Positions 1-11,890 of a stretch of DNA of 49,420 nt are shown piece after piece. Each line of letters opens with the position of its first letter. The first letter of the stretch is position 1. The position numbers and the translations under genes are program-made. Origin of the DNA: Malacoraja senta. Lineage: Eukaryota. Under the pieces are notes generated by a model, which made no database searches, was not told the origin of the DNA, and worked only from the letters and a program-made list of their open reading frames with translations. Location: NCBI GenBank assembly GCA_038087875.1, contig JAXLNO010000142.1, positions 1-49,420 of the forward strand. Reading direction: 5' to 3'.

Positions 1-486
1 AGCAGTGGTTTACGCTCACAAGAATTGAAGTTACACAAGTGCTGAAATTTCTGGGGTCAGTGGTTTGGATGAAGGTTATATATCGTATTCACAACAAAAT
101 GCCTAAGCACACATGTGTAGTGCGCACTTTGAAATAAATTGTATTCATAAAAATGCAATAAGACCAAATATTCATCCTAAGTATGCAGGCTCTGCAAACC
201 ATGCAATATACAAATGCCTAAATCTGTTTTGGAGAAAATCTAGCAAATAAACTAAAGGATCACCTATGCTGAGCAGAGCGGTGAGAAGGCAGTATCCCTA
301 CAGGCGAAATGTGGTGCTGGAGAAGGAACAATCCTATCAGTCTCGTATACACGTTGACGTGCTGCACCGAGGATACGTGGAGGTTACAATGTGCCTACTA
401 GAAGGGGACAACAACTGCCGGTGGCAAACCCCGAGGTTAGGGGGCTTGGTCTGGTAAGAAACACAACAAATGTTTCACACTCACAA

Positions 487-2370
487 ATAGGGGGGACGTT
501 ACGATTCTTCCTAAAATAATGGCAATCAATAACAAATGATTCATTTATTCTATGTAGCATTGTAGGATTCAAAATTGAGTTCTCTCCACGTTTGGATCCT
601 CCAATTCAGCATAATTCAAACTGGTCACGGATTTTTCTCAAAGGAAGAGAATGGGTTGATCAAAGGAGAATTGAAAAACTTTATGCCGAAAAGGATGATA
701 TAAATGTCAGGAGAACAACACCATCAATTTGTGTCAAATATTCTCCTAGGAATATTCTCCTAGAAAAGGGATGGTGGACATAGAATCATTTCCGATCTGA
801 CAAATCTTAACCTTTATGTACAATAGAAACATTTCAAAATGGAAACATTTACTAATGCCAGTTAGCTAGTCACAAATAATTGCTACAAGGCAAGCATAGA
901 TCTGCAAAATACATATTATTCTGTGGCAATGCATGGTAATGATCAAAGATATTTGAAATTTAGATGGATGTCAGTTATGGCAATTTAAAGCATTGCCCAA
1001 TGGTCTGATTTCAGCACCAAGATTATTCACTAAATTGCTCAAACCAAATTTTAGCTCTGTTAAGAGCTGAGGGCCATGTATTAATGGCTTATTTAGATTA
1101 TATCCTCATTGTAGGGGACACTTTGGCTGCTGGAAAATTGTCAGTAGCCAGAGTCAAATACATTTTGAGAAATTAGGTTTCATTATTCACCTACAAAAAA
1201 TCTAAATTGTTACCAAGCAAAAAGATTGATTACCTAGGGTTCACAATTAACTCCGAACACATGGTAATCACTTTGCCAAAAGACAAAAAGCTGCAGTTAA
1301 TTGAAGGTTGCTAAAACCCATTAACGAGGACACACCTTCAATTAGAGAAGTGGCAAGCTTGCTAGGCAAATGAATTGCAGGGTTTCCAGCTGTCACGTTT
1401 GGACCATTGCATTATCAATGTTTACAGAGAGGTAAGGTACAAGCGTTAAAAATGAATAGCGGGCATTTTGATAGGCCCATGAAATTAACAATTCAATCCA
1501 TTACAGAAATAGAATGGTGGATTAACAATGTTTCTAATGCTTCCAGAAAAGTTCTGGTAGAAACACCTTCCGTCACTCTACAGACTGATGTAAGTGCGCT
1601 GAGTTGGGGCGCTACTAACATGATTTCCAGCTGTGGAGGTAGGTGGAATGTGAATGAAGTACCTTTGCTGGAAAATCTGCGAATCAATTACCTAGAGCTA
1701 TTAGGCGCATTTTACGGCCTTAGAGCTTATTGCACTGATATTGGAAATGAGCATGTTCAGGTACAGGTTGACAATACTACAGCTGTAGCATACATAAATC
1801 ACATGGGTGGTATAAAATCAGAATCATGTGATAAATTGGCAAATGAAATTTGGACCTGTGGTATTGCCAGAAAAATGTGGCTGTCAGCAATATATTTACC
1901 AGGTAAAAATTAATACAATTGCAGACAAAAGATCACGTAAATTTAATGATAATACAGAATGGGTTAAATCGGAAAATATTCACACAAATTATCACACAAT
2001 TTGGAATGCCAGAAATTGATCTGTTTGCATCAAGATTGAACCATCAGTTGCCTACGTATGTGTCATGGGAACCTGATCCTGGAGCAGTATTGGTGGATGC
2101 TTTCTCGCTACATTGGGGTGGTATGTTTCTGTATGTTTTTCCACCATTTTGTTTAATCCACAAATGCATAGAGAAAATTAAACAAGATTCAGCCTCAGGG
2201 ATTTTGGTAGTACCAGATTGGCCTACACAGGTATGGTACCCACTGGTGTTAAAAATGGGAGAAAAAAACCCTTATGGTTATTCCAAAGCAGATTAAACTG
2301 CTTGTACACCCTGTGACTAATGAATCACATCCTTTACATAATCGTATTGGTTTGTTGATTTGCAGATTCT
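487..2370 (+). pseudogene. DIRS-A pol: RT, RNase H and methyltransferase-like domain (stops and frameshifts)
   Basis: Fragments HFKMETF, ALPNGLISAPRLFTKLLKP, MAYLDYILI (degenerate YLDD), LQTDVSALSWGA, INYLELLGA, QVDNTTAVAYINHMGG, PEIDLFASRLNHQLPTYVSW, YVFPPF. Confidence 0.9.
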
Positions 2371-2374
2371 AAGA

Positions 2375-3340
2375 ATGCCATATCTTGGAAAAGGATTATC
2401 AGACCGTAAGGTGGATGCTATGACAGCAGCCTGGAGGAATAGTACCCAGAAGCAGTACATTTCCTATATATAGAAATGGGAGGTGTTTTGTTCAGGAAAG
2501 AATATTGCATATAGCACAGCAGAGATTTCAGATGTAATAGAGTTTCTTTCAACTCTACACTATGAATTGAAATTAAATTATAGTGCAATTAATACTGCAC
2601 GAAGTGCACTCTCTGCATATTTAAGCAGTGAATCAGAACAAACTCCAATTGGAGCACATCCTTGGGTCTGTAGGTTTATGAAAGGAATTTTCAACTCTAA
2701 TCCTCCCAGACCCAGGTATACAGACATTTGGAATGTAAAAGATGTACTGATGTTCCTAAGGAATTGGAATCCAGTTGAAACTCTGTCATTATCCAAAATT
2801 ACCATGAAATTGGTTATGCTCATGGCATTAGTTTCAGCGTAGAGAGTTCAAAATTACAGAAACTCAGAATTGATAGAATGAAAGTAGGGCAAAATGCCGT
2901 GACATTCTATGTCTATGATTTACTGAAGCAAAGTAGACCTGGGTTCACAGGATGCAAGTTGGAATTTTTAGCATATCCTACAGATTCACGACTGTGTGTA
3001 GTAATATATGTGAAATGTTACATAGATACAACAAAAGTTTTAAGAGGCGCCGAATTGGCATTTTTTAGTAGTCATAAAAAGCCTCATAAGAAAATGTCAA
3101 CACAAACAATTTCACGATGGTTGAAACAGGTGTTGAGATATTCAGGTATTGATACTGATAAATTTAAATCTCATTCCACCAGGGCGGCATCAACATCAGC
3201 GGCCAGGGATTCAGACGTGCTAATAGACCTTATTCTCGCAGCCGCAGGATGGGCAAGTGAACAGATGTTTCAAAAAGTATTACCACAAGGAGATTAAAGA
3301 TCTCAAAGGGTTTGGTGATGCCGTGCTGGATACAGTATTA
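2375..3340 (+). pseudogene. DIRS-A tyrosine recombinase (disrupted)
   Basis: ORFs 2483-2842 and 2878-3297: YSAINTARSALS, HPWVCRFMKGIFNSNPPRPRY, STQTISRWLK, FKSHSTRAASTS, AAGWASE. Confidence 0.9.
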
Positions 3341-3522
3341 AATCTCCCATTATTATAAATGGGACTAATTTTGTTACTTTTATAAAAATAAATAAAACCA
3401 TTAACTGATTACATTCAAATGTTGTGGTTATGCATTGTTGATTGTGCTTACTCAAATAGAGTCAATCGATGCAGTGAACACCTGGATTTGAATCCACGGT
3501 GTGAAATCACAGAGCTTTGAAA

Positions 3523-3636
3523 TCTTCACGTAGTCACTCGCGTGACTCCGAATTAAAATAGTAAGATTAAACGAGAACTTACCAAGTTTGAAGTTTGATC
3601 TTTATTTTATGAGGAGTAACGTTGAGGGATTACGTG
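3523..3636 (+). repeat. DIRS-A internal complementary region (ICR)
   Basis: 3' part pairs 80/80 with 4690-4769. 5' part tcttcacgtagtcactcgcgtgactccgaattaaaat differs at 2 positions from the left terminus of DIRS-B. Confidence 0.9.
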
Positions 3637-3683
3637 CCCTCCGCTCCCACCCTCATAAAAAGATCAAGCTGGTAGTTCTAAGT

Positions 3684-4586
3684 ATTGTATTGTATTGTAT
3701 TGCATATCTTTATTGTCATTTCCTGAGTATTCGCATACCCAGAGGAAACAAAAAAACGTTCCTCAACCAGTGTCCATTTCAGTGTGCAGTAAAACATAAA
3801 TAGAGGTAAAAATACATATATCATGAACAAATTAACACTCTACTCTACTAAACATCAACAGGCGTTCCGATCGGCAGCGGCACGACAGTGGCTCTGCTGC
3901 AGTGTGTCCAGGTTGGTGGTTGGTGCACGATACTTTGGCAGGGGGCAAAGTCCGTTTATCAGTCTTATCACCTGCGGGAAGAAGCTGAGGAGCATCCTGA
4001 TGGTTTTGCCCCTAATGCTCCGGTACCTCTTCCCAGATGGCAGGATGGAGAATATGTGATGCGATGGGTGGTAGGGGTCTTTGATGATGGAGATGGCTCT
4101 GCTGATACATCTCTTCCTGTATATGTCCAGCAGGAAATGGAGTGGAGCACCAATAATCCTGCTGGCGGTCTTCACAATCCTGTCTATTTGGTGCCGTTCG
4201 TACGCATTGCAGCTCCCGAATCAGGAAGTGATGCCGTAGGTTAATGTGCTCTCGATTGTCCCCCTATAAAAAGTTCGTAGGTGTGTAGTGGGGATACCTG
4301 CTTTACGTAGTCTTCGGAGAGGGTGTAGTCGCTGCTGGGCTCTCTTGACCAGTGCTGTGGTGTTGGTCGTGGACGTCAGGTCATCTGACAGGTGGAGTCC
4401 TAGGAACTTCACGCTGTTGACCCTTTCCACATCAGCTCCATCGATGTGCAGAGGTGTATGGTGTTGTTTTCCCGCCCTCCTGAAGTCAACCACCATCTCC
4501 TTAGTTTTTCCCACGTTGAGAATGAGGTTGTGGGATTTGCAGCATCCTGTGAGCAGCTCCACCTCCATCCTGTACGCCGACTCATC
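3684..4586 (-). mobile_element. Rex1/Babar-type LINE, 5'-truncated, nested in DIRS-A
   Basis: Minus ORFs KTKEMVVDFRR, VKFLGLHLSDDL, KDPYHPSHHIFSILPSGKRYRS; (CAATA)n tail; possible AAGT target duplication. Confidence 0.88.
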
Positions 4587-5327
4587 AAGTCTTTATGCAT
4601 CTTACTATCATACTTCAGTAATTATCGTCTGTGATTGTCACTCCGCTACTTTGAAGGATTGACGCGTGTGCGGCTGGACGGGGCTTCTTCACGTAATCCC
4701 TCAACGTTACTCCTCATAAAATAAAGATCAAACTTCAAACTTGGTAAGTTCTCGTTTAATCTTACTATTCTATCTGTCACTGTCGGAAACGAACCGCCTG
4801 TTGGTCAATAATTGAATCGATCTCGTGAACCAGTGTCCGCGGATCTAACAGTATGTGTTACCGAACTGTGTGTGACATCACTGTGGAATGAATCCATTAA
4901 CGGAGCCACTCTGCTGCCGGATTCTAAGTTGTCCCTGGCTTTCCTCTGGAACCCTTCCATCTCGTCCCCATCAGATGCCGAGTTCCCAGATCCCTGGTTA
5001 AACGCGGCCGGTCACGGTTAAGTCCGTGAAAGCGGCTCCATCAGAGACTAAGAGCAGGGTTAACTATGGAAAGGACCATTGCGCCTATTGTAGCGGGTGG
5101 CTGCTCGTTCCCTCCCCGACCTTTACGCCGCCCTTCGCCTGGTCTCTTCTCCCCTGAAGCAGGCAGGCAGGTCGGGCACAGTCGGAGCTGGCTCTGACAT
5201 TGTTAAACTTGCAGCAGCCGCGCACCGACTCCAACCCTTCTGATCTTTAGCTGAAAGTCGAGTCGGTGTTCAGCCCCGGAGAACGCGTTCACTAATGCCC
5301 GGTGTCCGTTCCGTTGTCTTTCCGCAG

Positions 5328-5620
5328 TGAATTTAGTGGCGATTATGATCCTGTCCCGTGGAAAGTGCGGCCTCTCCATCTGCACCACTCGCTACCTGGT
5401 GGCCATGGCAGCGGCCGATCTACTGACCGTCATCACCGAGGTCATTTTGGGTCAGATCAAATATCATTACTTTTATTGGAGTTTCCTGTCCATCACCCCT
5501 GTATGCAGTGTTAACGAAGTACTGCAGTTTGCAGCTACAGACTGGAAAATCACCGCCAATATCCCGTGGGGCTGTACCACGGTGGACAGTTATTACACTG
5601 ATCCCGGGTGGGTGGCATTT
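5328..5620 (+). pseudogene. Elasmobranch-type GPR139-like class A GPCR, main exon fragment with internal deletion and 3' truncation
   Basis: Branch point (actaat) and acceptor ttgtctttccgcag, then (V)NLVAIMILSRGKCGLSICTTRYLVAMAAADLL..ITPVCSV..AATD jumping to NIPWGC..SYYTDPGWVAF. This matches the expanded chondrichthyan GPR139-like family as recalled; it is not necessarily the GPR139 orthologue. Confidence 0.82.
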
Positions 5621-5641
5621 CTCTCTCACATCTCGTCCCCC

Positions 5642-5980
5642 TCTGATGGCTGTGGGGAAGATGCTGTTCCTGAACCTGGATGTTGCAGATTTCAGACTCC
5701 TGTACCTTCTACCTGAAGGTAGCGGAGAGATGAGTGTGTGGCCAGGATGGTGTGGGTCCTTGATGATGCTGCCAGCCTTTTTGAGGCAGCGACTGCGATA
5801 GATCCCCTCGATGGAAGGAAGGTCAGAGCCGATGATGGACTGGGCAGTGTTTACAACTTTTGCAGCTTTTCCCGCTCCTGGACGCTCAGGTTGCCGAACC
5901 AAGCGACGATGCAAGCAGTCAGCATGCTCTCTACTGTGCACCTGTAGAAGTTAGAGAGAGTCCTCCTTGACAAACCGACT
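5642..5980 (-). mobile_element. Rex1/Babar LINE fragment
   Basis: Minus ORF: IIKDPHHPGHTLISPLPSGRRYRSLKSATSRFRNSIFPTAIR. Confidence 0.85.
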
Positions 5981-6231
5981 TATATATGATGATTTCACCA
6001 CCATATTCAACCGCTATTGTCCCAAATCATTCATCTGTACTCCGCCTTTTTAATGTTTGACTCAATTACCTCCGACCACTGGTAAAATGTTCGCAACTAA
6101 ATCAGACCTCGCTAGTGTGTTAATGAACAGAGAAGGCAACACAATGGCAAGGGACATTCAATATTCTCAAACGGTCCCAGGACGTTGCCGGCGAAACGGG
6201 AGCAAAAGCATTCAATTTAGATTGACTCGGA

Positions 6232-6495
6232 AACGGAGATGAGGAAATACTTTTTCTCACAGAGAGTTGTGAGTCTGTGGAATTCTCTGCCTCAGAGGGC
6301 AGTGGAGGCAGGTTCTCTGGATGCTTTCAAGAGAGAGCTAGATAGGTCTCATAAAGAAAGCGGAGTCAGGGGATATGGGGAGAAGGCAGGAACGGGGTAC
6401 TGATTGGGGATGATCAGCCATGATCACATTGAATGGCAGTGCTGGCTGGAAGGGCCGAATGGCCTACTCCTGCACCTGTTGTCTATTGTCTATTG
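6232..6495 (+). mobile_element. CR1 (HER1-like) LINE 3' fragment
   Basis: FFSQRVVSLWNSLPQ coding end, 3' UTR gggccgaatggcctactcctgcacc, (TATTGTC)n tail. Confidence 0.88.
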
Positions 6496-6909
6496 ACACC
6501 AGTCGGAAAATGGCATATGCTGGTCATTTAGCTGTGGGAAATAAAGGAGACAAAACGAAATTTATAAAGTTTGTATGCCCTTGTTAAATCTAAAGTGGAA
6601 CAAATTGATTGAATGAGTGATAAATCACAGTTTCCAGGACATCCAACATTGTTCAGTTTGTGGATACCTGTTAAACCACTCTTTGATATGAAGTGAGACT
6701 GCAGTGAGGTCGCCTACCTTGTGAGAAGAGACTGATGGTGAACGAGTACAGAGACTGAGTGACAAAGCTCCAAGCACGGCGACACACCGAGATTCACAGT
6801 CTCACACAGTTTCTTTGGAAGGGCAAACACCCTTCCTCTTTCTATCCAGCTCAGGATTCACACACCATTTGTGTTGATAATGGTTGCGTCAGATTAAAAA
6901 TCATCTTTT

Positions 6910-8620
6910 TAGGAGGTCCAGAACCTGGCAGCCTGGTGTACCAACAATAACCTCGTCCTCAACTCCAAGCAGACGAAGGAAATTATCGTTGACTTCAGGA
7001 AGACCAGAGGTGGCAGACATACCCCCATCCACATAAACGGGACTGAGGTGGAGCGCGTCTCCAACTACAAATTCCTCGGGGTACACATCTCAGAGGATCT
7101 GTCGTGGTCCCTCAATACCACCAAATTGATCAAAAAGGCGCAACAGCGCCTTTACTTTCTGAGGAGGCTTAAGAAAGTGCACCTGTACCCCCAGATCCTG
7201 TCCAACTTTTATCGCTGTACTATCGAAAGCAGATATATCGGTAGGGGGCGCTGCTCTGGCAGCAGCCATGTCAGCAGCGCGTCAGTTTTTTCAACCTTTT
7301 TTTATTTTTTAGTATGTTTTAAAGTATGTATTTAATGTTCCTTCGTGTGTTTTGTGTGGGGGTGGTGTGGGGGGGGGGGGGTAAGGGGGAAACCGCTTCG
7401 GTCGCCTCCTCCATGGAGCGGCGACTTTTTCCAGGTCGCCTCCCCCGTGGCCTAACATCAAGGATCGGCGCGGCCTTTCCCGGAGACACGCCCGGGGCTT
7501 CAGTGGCGGGCGCAGCGTGGACTGTCGTTGTGGAGCGGGTGAGCCCTCGCTGGGGCTCGCTGGAGACGAGCGCTCCGTTTCGCTGTCCCGGGGCTGCCGG
7601 CAGCCTGAAGTCGCGGTCTGCAGAGCTCCAGCTGGCGCGGCGTCTACAGCCCGGGATCCCTCGTGGGGGAAGAAGAAGCCATCACTGCCGGCCCGCGGCC
7701 AACTTCTACCGCGGGTCCGGCATAGACTTACCATCACACCTGGAGGGGAGCTTCGACCGCTGGCCCTGCAGTCTACGGTGCTTCTGGCTGCGGCGGAGTC
7801 TTTAAATCTCGACCGCCGGCCTGCGGCCTACACCATCTTAAAGCCGCAGTCTCCGGTGAGGAAGAGCCGATCCTGGACTGACTCTGGACTCTGGTCCTGT
7901 CCACGGGGGGGAAATGGAGGAGGACTGGCCAAATTTTGTGCCTACCACCACAGTGATGAATGCTGTGGTGGATGTTTGTGTTACATTTTTATTGTGGTTG
8001 TGTGTTCTTTATTATTGTACTGCTGCTGACAACCCAGATTGCACCGACCCTGGTTGTGTGGCCATAAATTATTATATCTATCCTGACCACCTGCTTCACG
8101 GTATGGTACAGCAGCTGCACCACAGCTGACAGGAAGGCACTGCAACGGGTGGTGAAAACCGCTCAGCACATCATCGGTGCTCCGCTCCCTGCCCTGGATG
8201 CCCTCCACCGAAAATGGTGTCTGAGACGGGCAGGAAAATCATCAAGGACCCCTCTCACCCTAACCATGGACTATTTGCCCTCCTCCCATCAGGGAGGCGG
8301 TACAGGAGCCTCAGGTCTCGCACAAGCAGGATGCGGAACAGCTTTTTCAATAACACCGTTACACCGCTGAACTCAGAGTCCCGTCGCTAGCTATCTTTAG
8401 ACTCTCCCATTTGTATACAGTTATTTGCCTATGTATCAGTTTTAATTCATCCACAATCCACACATTGTTAACCAGTATTTTTATTTATTTTTATTGTATG
8501 CTTATTTTGTATTTTTATTTTTACTTCTATTCTCTTGCACTATGACCAGACGCTAAACTGCATTTCGTTGTACCTATACTCGCATTTGTGCAATGACAAT
8601 AAAGTTGAATTGAATTGAAT
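6910..8620 (+). mobile_element. Rex1/Babar LINE 3' part, split by insertion at 7231-8079
   Basis: ERVSNYKFLGVHISEDLSW..YRCTIES resumes as ILTTCFTVWY at 8080; ends aataaagttgaattgaattgaat. Confidence 0.88.
7231..8079 (+). mobile_element. Unclassified ~850-bp GC/CpG-rich non-coding interspersed element
   Basis: Cleanly interrupts the Rex1 reading frame (GAAAGC|ATCCTG); LINE-like 3' tail; termini AGATATA...TATATCT. Confidence 0.75.
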
Positions 8621-8729
8621 CTTGTAAAAGCTAATTTGGACAAAACAAATGGGGAATTTCCTGAGGTCACAAATACATTGGATAAGTCTAGACGTGGAAC
8701 CTCCTTATATTAAATGCTATTAGTGGGTG

Positions 8730-9240
8730 GCAAATGTCTAAGATAATGGCAAACGAGGGAATCTGCTGTTTTGTAAGGAAGGAAACATGGTCAATATTCA
8801 CGCCTTGCAGCTATGTTAGAGCTTTAGCTCAAGTTCAAGTTCAAGTGAGTTTATTGGCATGTGTCCCTGATAGGACAATGAAATTCTTGCTTTGCTTCAG
8901 CACAACAGAATATAGTAGGCATTGGCTACAAAACAGATCAGTGTGTCCATATACCATTATATGTCCATATACAATTATAGCAGTTTAAATCTATATCCAA
9001 ATGTATCAGATCACGGTGGGTTTAGGGGGTTACAAATGAGGTGCATTTGAGAATCAGGATCATACATTATTTTCAAACTTAGTACAATATTGAATGCAAT
9101 TTTCTCCCGAGCTTTTAATTTCACTCAAGGAGGAACCTGCAGCCAATATTTTCATTAGCATCCAAATAGTTCCTGCATCTTGCAGTTTTCTCCAAGTTCA
9201 ACATCACAGAGTGCACCAAGACCTTCACAGCCTCTGAGAA
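8730..9240. repeat. Copy 1 of a diverged locally triplicated sequence (interrupted by a minus-strand LINE tail at ~8830-8978)
   Basis: Aligns by eye with 11533-11890 and 11205-11350, e.g. gataatggcaaa..gaatctg.tgttttgtaa, aatttcactcaagg, tgcaccaagaYcttcacaRcct. Confidence 0.75.
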
Positions 9241-9509
9241 TAACCCACATAACCATCTTGCATTTCTGTAAAACAAACGTCACCATTTGAAGTGGTGACG
9301 AGTGGGCAACAGAATGGCGAGGACGTTGAACATCCGCAATCAGTCCCAGAGGATTGCCGGAGAAATGGGAAAAATAAAATCCACATGAGCATGGATACAT
9401 TAGATTGACCAGAAAGCCCAAATGGGTAAAATGGCAGATGCTGATAATTTAGTTTCATTAAGTTTCTAGTGGAAACAATGGAGACAGAAATACATTGATA
9501 AAGTTTCAT

Positions 9510-9735
9510 GTTGGAAGGAACTGTAGATGCTGCTTTACACCGATTATAGACACAAAAGTAACTGGGCGGGAGTAACTGGGCGGGGCAGGCAGCATCTCTG
9601 GAGAGAAGGAATGGGTGACATTTCGGGTCAAAGAAGTCTGGGTCTGAAGAAGGGTCTCGACCCGAAACATCACCCATTCTTTCTCTCCAGATGCTGCCTG
9701 TCTCGCTGAGTTGCTCCAGCACTTTGTGTCTCTCT
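9510..9735. mobile_element. Penelope-derived inverted (hairpin) terminal-repeat fragment with hammerhead-like core at 9644-9671
   Basis: gcagcatctctggagagaaggaatgggtga inverted to tcacccattctttctctccagatgctgc; ctgaagaagggtctcgacccgaaacatc. Confidence 0.78.
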
Positions 9736-10080
9736 TCATTATTCATTACGTTTCTATGTCCTTAAGCAGAACAGACTGGTACAGTCTAATAAGTGGTTGT
9801 AGGAGTGGAATATCGAGATTCCTTCTAGCAGGCAAACCAGACCATTTTCTGTTTTCTTTTTCTCTTTTTCTTTATCTATGGCTTGTTTCTTAACTCTTTT
9901 TCGAACTTTTCATTAATAAGGGTCTCATTTGATCACTCTTTCACACACTTACTATCTTATTTAATTCTCTTTACTTTTCTTCTTTTCAAAGTTTAATATA
10001 TAAAGTGGTACAGGTAATGTATTATATTATTTTCGCATATATTATTGTAATGTACACTATTAATAAATACAATTAAATTA

Positions 10081-10721
10081 TATGGCCTTTGTAACAAGAG
10101 GAGTTGAGTCTAGGAGCAAAGAGGTCCTTCTGCACTTGTACAGGGCCCCGGTGAGACCACACCTGGAGTATTGTGGGCAGTTTTTGTCCCCTAATTTGAG
10201 GAAGGACATTATTGCTATTGAGGGAGCCCAGCGTAGGGTCACCAGGTTAATTCCCGGGATGGCGGGACTGTCATATGCTGAGAGAATGGAGCGGCTGGGC
10301 GTGTACACTCTGGAGTTTAGAAGGATGAGAGGGCATCTCATTGAAACATATACGATTGTTAAGGGTATGTACACGCTAGAGGCAGGAAACATGTTGCCGA
10401 TGTTGGGGGAGTCCAGAACCAGGGGCCACAATTTAAGAATAAGGAGTAAGCCATTTAGAACAGAGACCAGGAAACACTTTTTCTCACAGAGAGTTGTGAG
10501 TCTGTGGAATTCTCTGCCTCAGAGGGCGGTGGAGGCAGGTTCTCTAGATGCTTTCAAGAGAGAGCTGGATAGGGCTCTTAAAGATAGCAGAGTCATGGGA
10601 TATGGGGAGAAGGCAGGAACGGGGTACTGATTGGGGATGATCAGCTATGAACACATTGAATGGCGGTGCTGGCTGGAAGGGCCGAATGGCCTCTACTCTT
10701 GCACCTATTGTCTATTGTCTA
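10081..10721 (+). mobile_element. CR1 (HER1-like) LINE 3' fragment
   Basis: ORF 10082-10630 VRPHLEYCGQFLSP..RTRGHNLRI..LWNSLP; conserved 3' UTR and tail. Confidence 0.92.
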
Positions 10722-10834
10722 AAGGTTATTGGAGGATAACAAATGTCAAGGGCATTGGGGAATGAGAGTATCTATTGTTGTGTAATGATGAGTATGTGTT
10801 AATCTTCTTGCATCTGTAGTGATGTTCTGATTGA

Positions 10835-11104
10835 GTTTAGTTTTGAGACACAGCATGGAAACTTGCCGTTCAGCCCTCTGTCCGTGCCGACCTCTGATCA
10901 CCCGTTCACACTCGTTCTGTTCTCTCACTTTCCCATCCGCTCCCTACACACTACAAGCAATTTATGGAGGTCCAGTAACCTACATCCCCACTCATTCGTG
11001 GCCACAGGGAGCGTGCTATCTCCACCCACAGAGCACCCGAGGTCAGGATTGAACCATGGTCTCCGGCACTGTGAGGCAGCAGCTCTAACATCTGTGCCAC
11101 TGTG
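10835..11104 (-). mobile_element. tRNA-derived SINE (HE1/V-SINE-like), degenerate
   Basis: Minus strand cacagtggcacagatgttagag (A box) and ggttcaatcc (B box); CR1-like 3' tail ending ctcaaaactaaac. Confidence 0.8.
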
Positions 11105-11204
11105 ATTTGGGTGGTTTGGCTGTTTAAAACGATGTGAGTTTTGGGTTGAGGAGAACACAAATCAGTAGATGTGAAAGAAAATGCTGAATTTACTCAGTTA
11201 TTCC

Positions 11205-11890
11205 AATATTGAGTGCAATTATCTCCTGAGTTTCACACAAGGTAAACCCACCAGTCACCAGCCTCATTATCATCCAATTTCTTCTGCAACTTTCAGTTTT
11301 CTCCAAATCAAACCGCGCAGTTTGCACCAAGACCTTCACAACCTCTGGTAATAAATCACGTCCCTTCCAGTTCAATTCAGTTTAGTTCAGTGTCACGTTC
11401 GTGAGGTAAAGAGAAACGCTTTTGCAGAATGCTAACCAGCCTGGAGAAAGACAAGTATAATTAATGCTATTCACAACTGAAGTTAGAATAGTTTCCAGTA
11501 ACACATATTCAAGCAGATGACTGTGTGATGTTTGAAAGGTCTATGATAATGGCAAATGACAGAATCTGTTGTTTTGTAATAAATGGAACGGTCAATATTC
11601 TTGCCTGTTCATGCTGTAGTTGGTCCGATAGATCAAACTAATATTCATTGCATCAGATAATGGCGGAGGTTGGACTTAGGAGGTCACCAATGAGCTGCAT
11701 ATGATCATCGCTACTACAATTTGTCAAAGTAAGTCGAATATTGAGAGCAAATTTCTCCTCAGTTCTGAATTTCACTCAAGGTAGAACCTCCAGCAAACAT
11801 TTTCACAATCACTAGTTTTCCCCTCTGTCATTTGGTGTTCTCCAAGCACAACCTCACAGAGTTGCACCAAGATCTTCACAGCCTAGAGAT
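11205..11890. repeat. Copies 2 (11205-11350, partial) and 3 (11533-11890) of the diverged triplicated sequence
   Basis: Same motifs as 8730-9240, same orientation. Confidence 0.72.

Larger units (their letters stand above)
1..4769 (+). mobile_element. DIRS1-type tyrosine-recombinase retrotransposon A (5' end upstream of window; ORFs decayed; Rex1 inserted near 3' end)
   Basis: Order gag C-terminus, RT, RNase H, MT, YR, then an internal complementary region (ICR) and right end. 3557-3636 is the exact reverse complement of 4690-4769. Confidence 0.93.

Noticed and set aside
1919..3297. Phage/bacterial methyltransferase and integrase (contamination or horizontal transfer)
   Set aside because: These are standard MT and YR modules of DIRS elements, embedded with RT/RNase H and ICR.
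4770..5290. Exon 1 of the GPR139-like gene
   Set aside because: No TM1-encoding segment ending in a splice donor could be found.
7309..8029. Overlapping 140-170 aa ORFs in the GC-rich insert
   Set aside because: Stop-poor GC-rich sequence gives ORFs on both strands; no recognisable motifs.
9740..10078. Possible L1/Tx1-like 3' end
   Set aside because: Only a short RFLLAGKPDHF stretch and an AT-rich tail with AATAAA; too weak to call.
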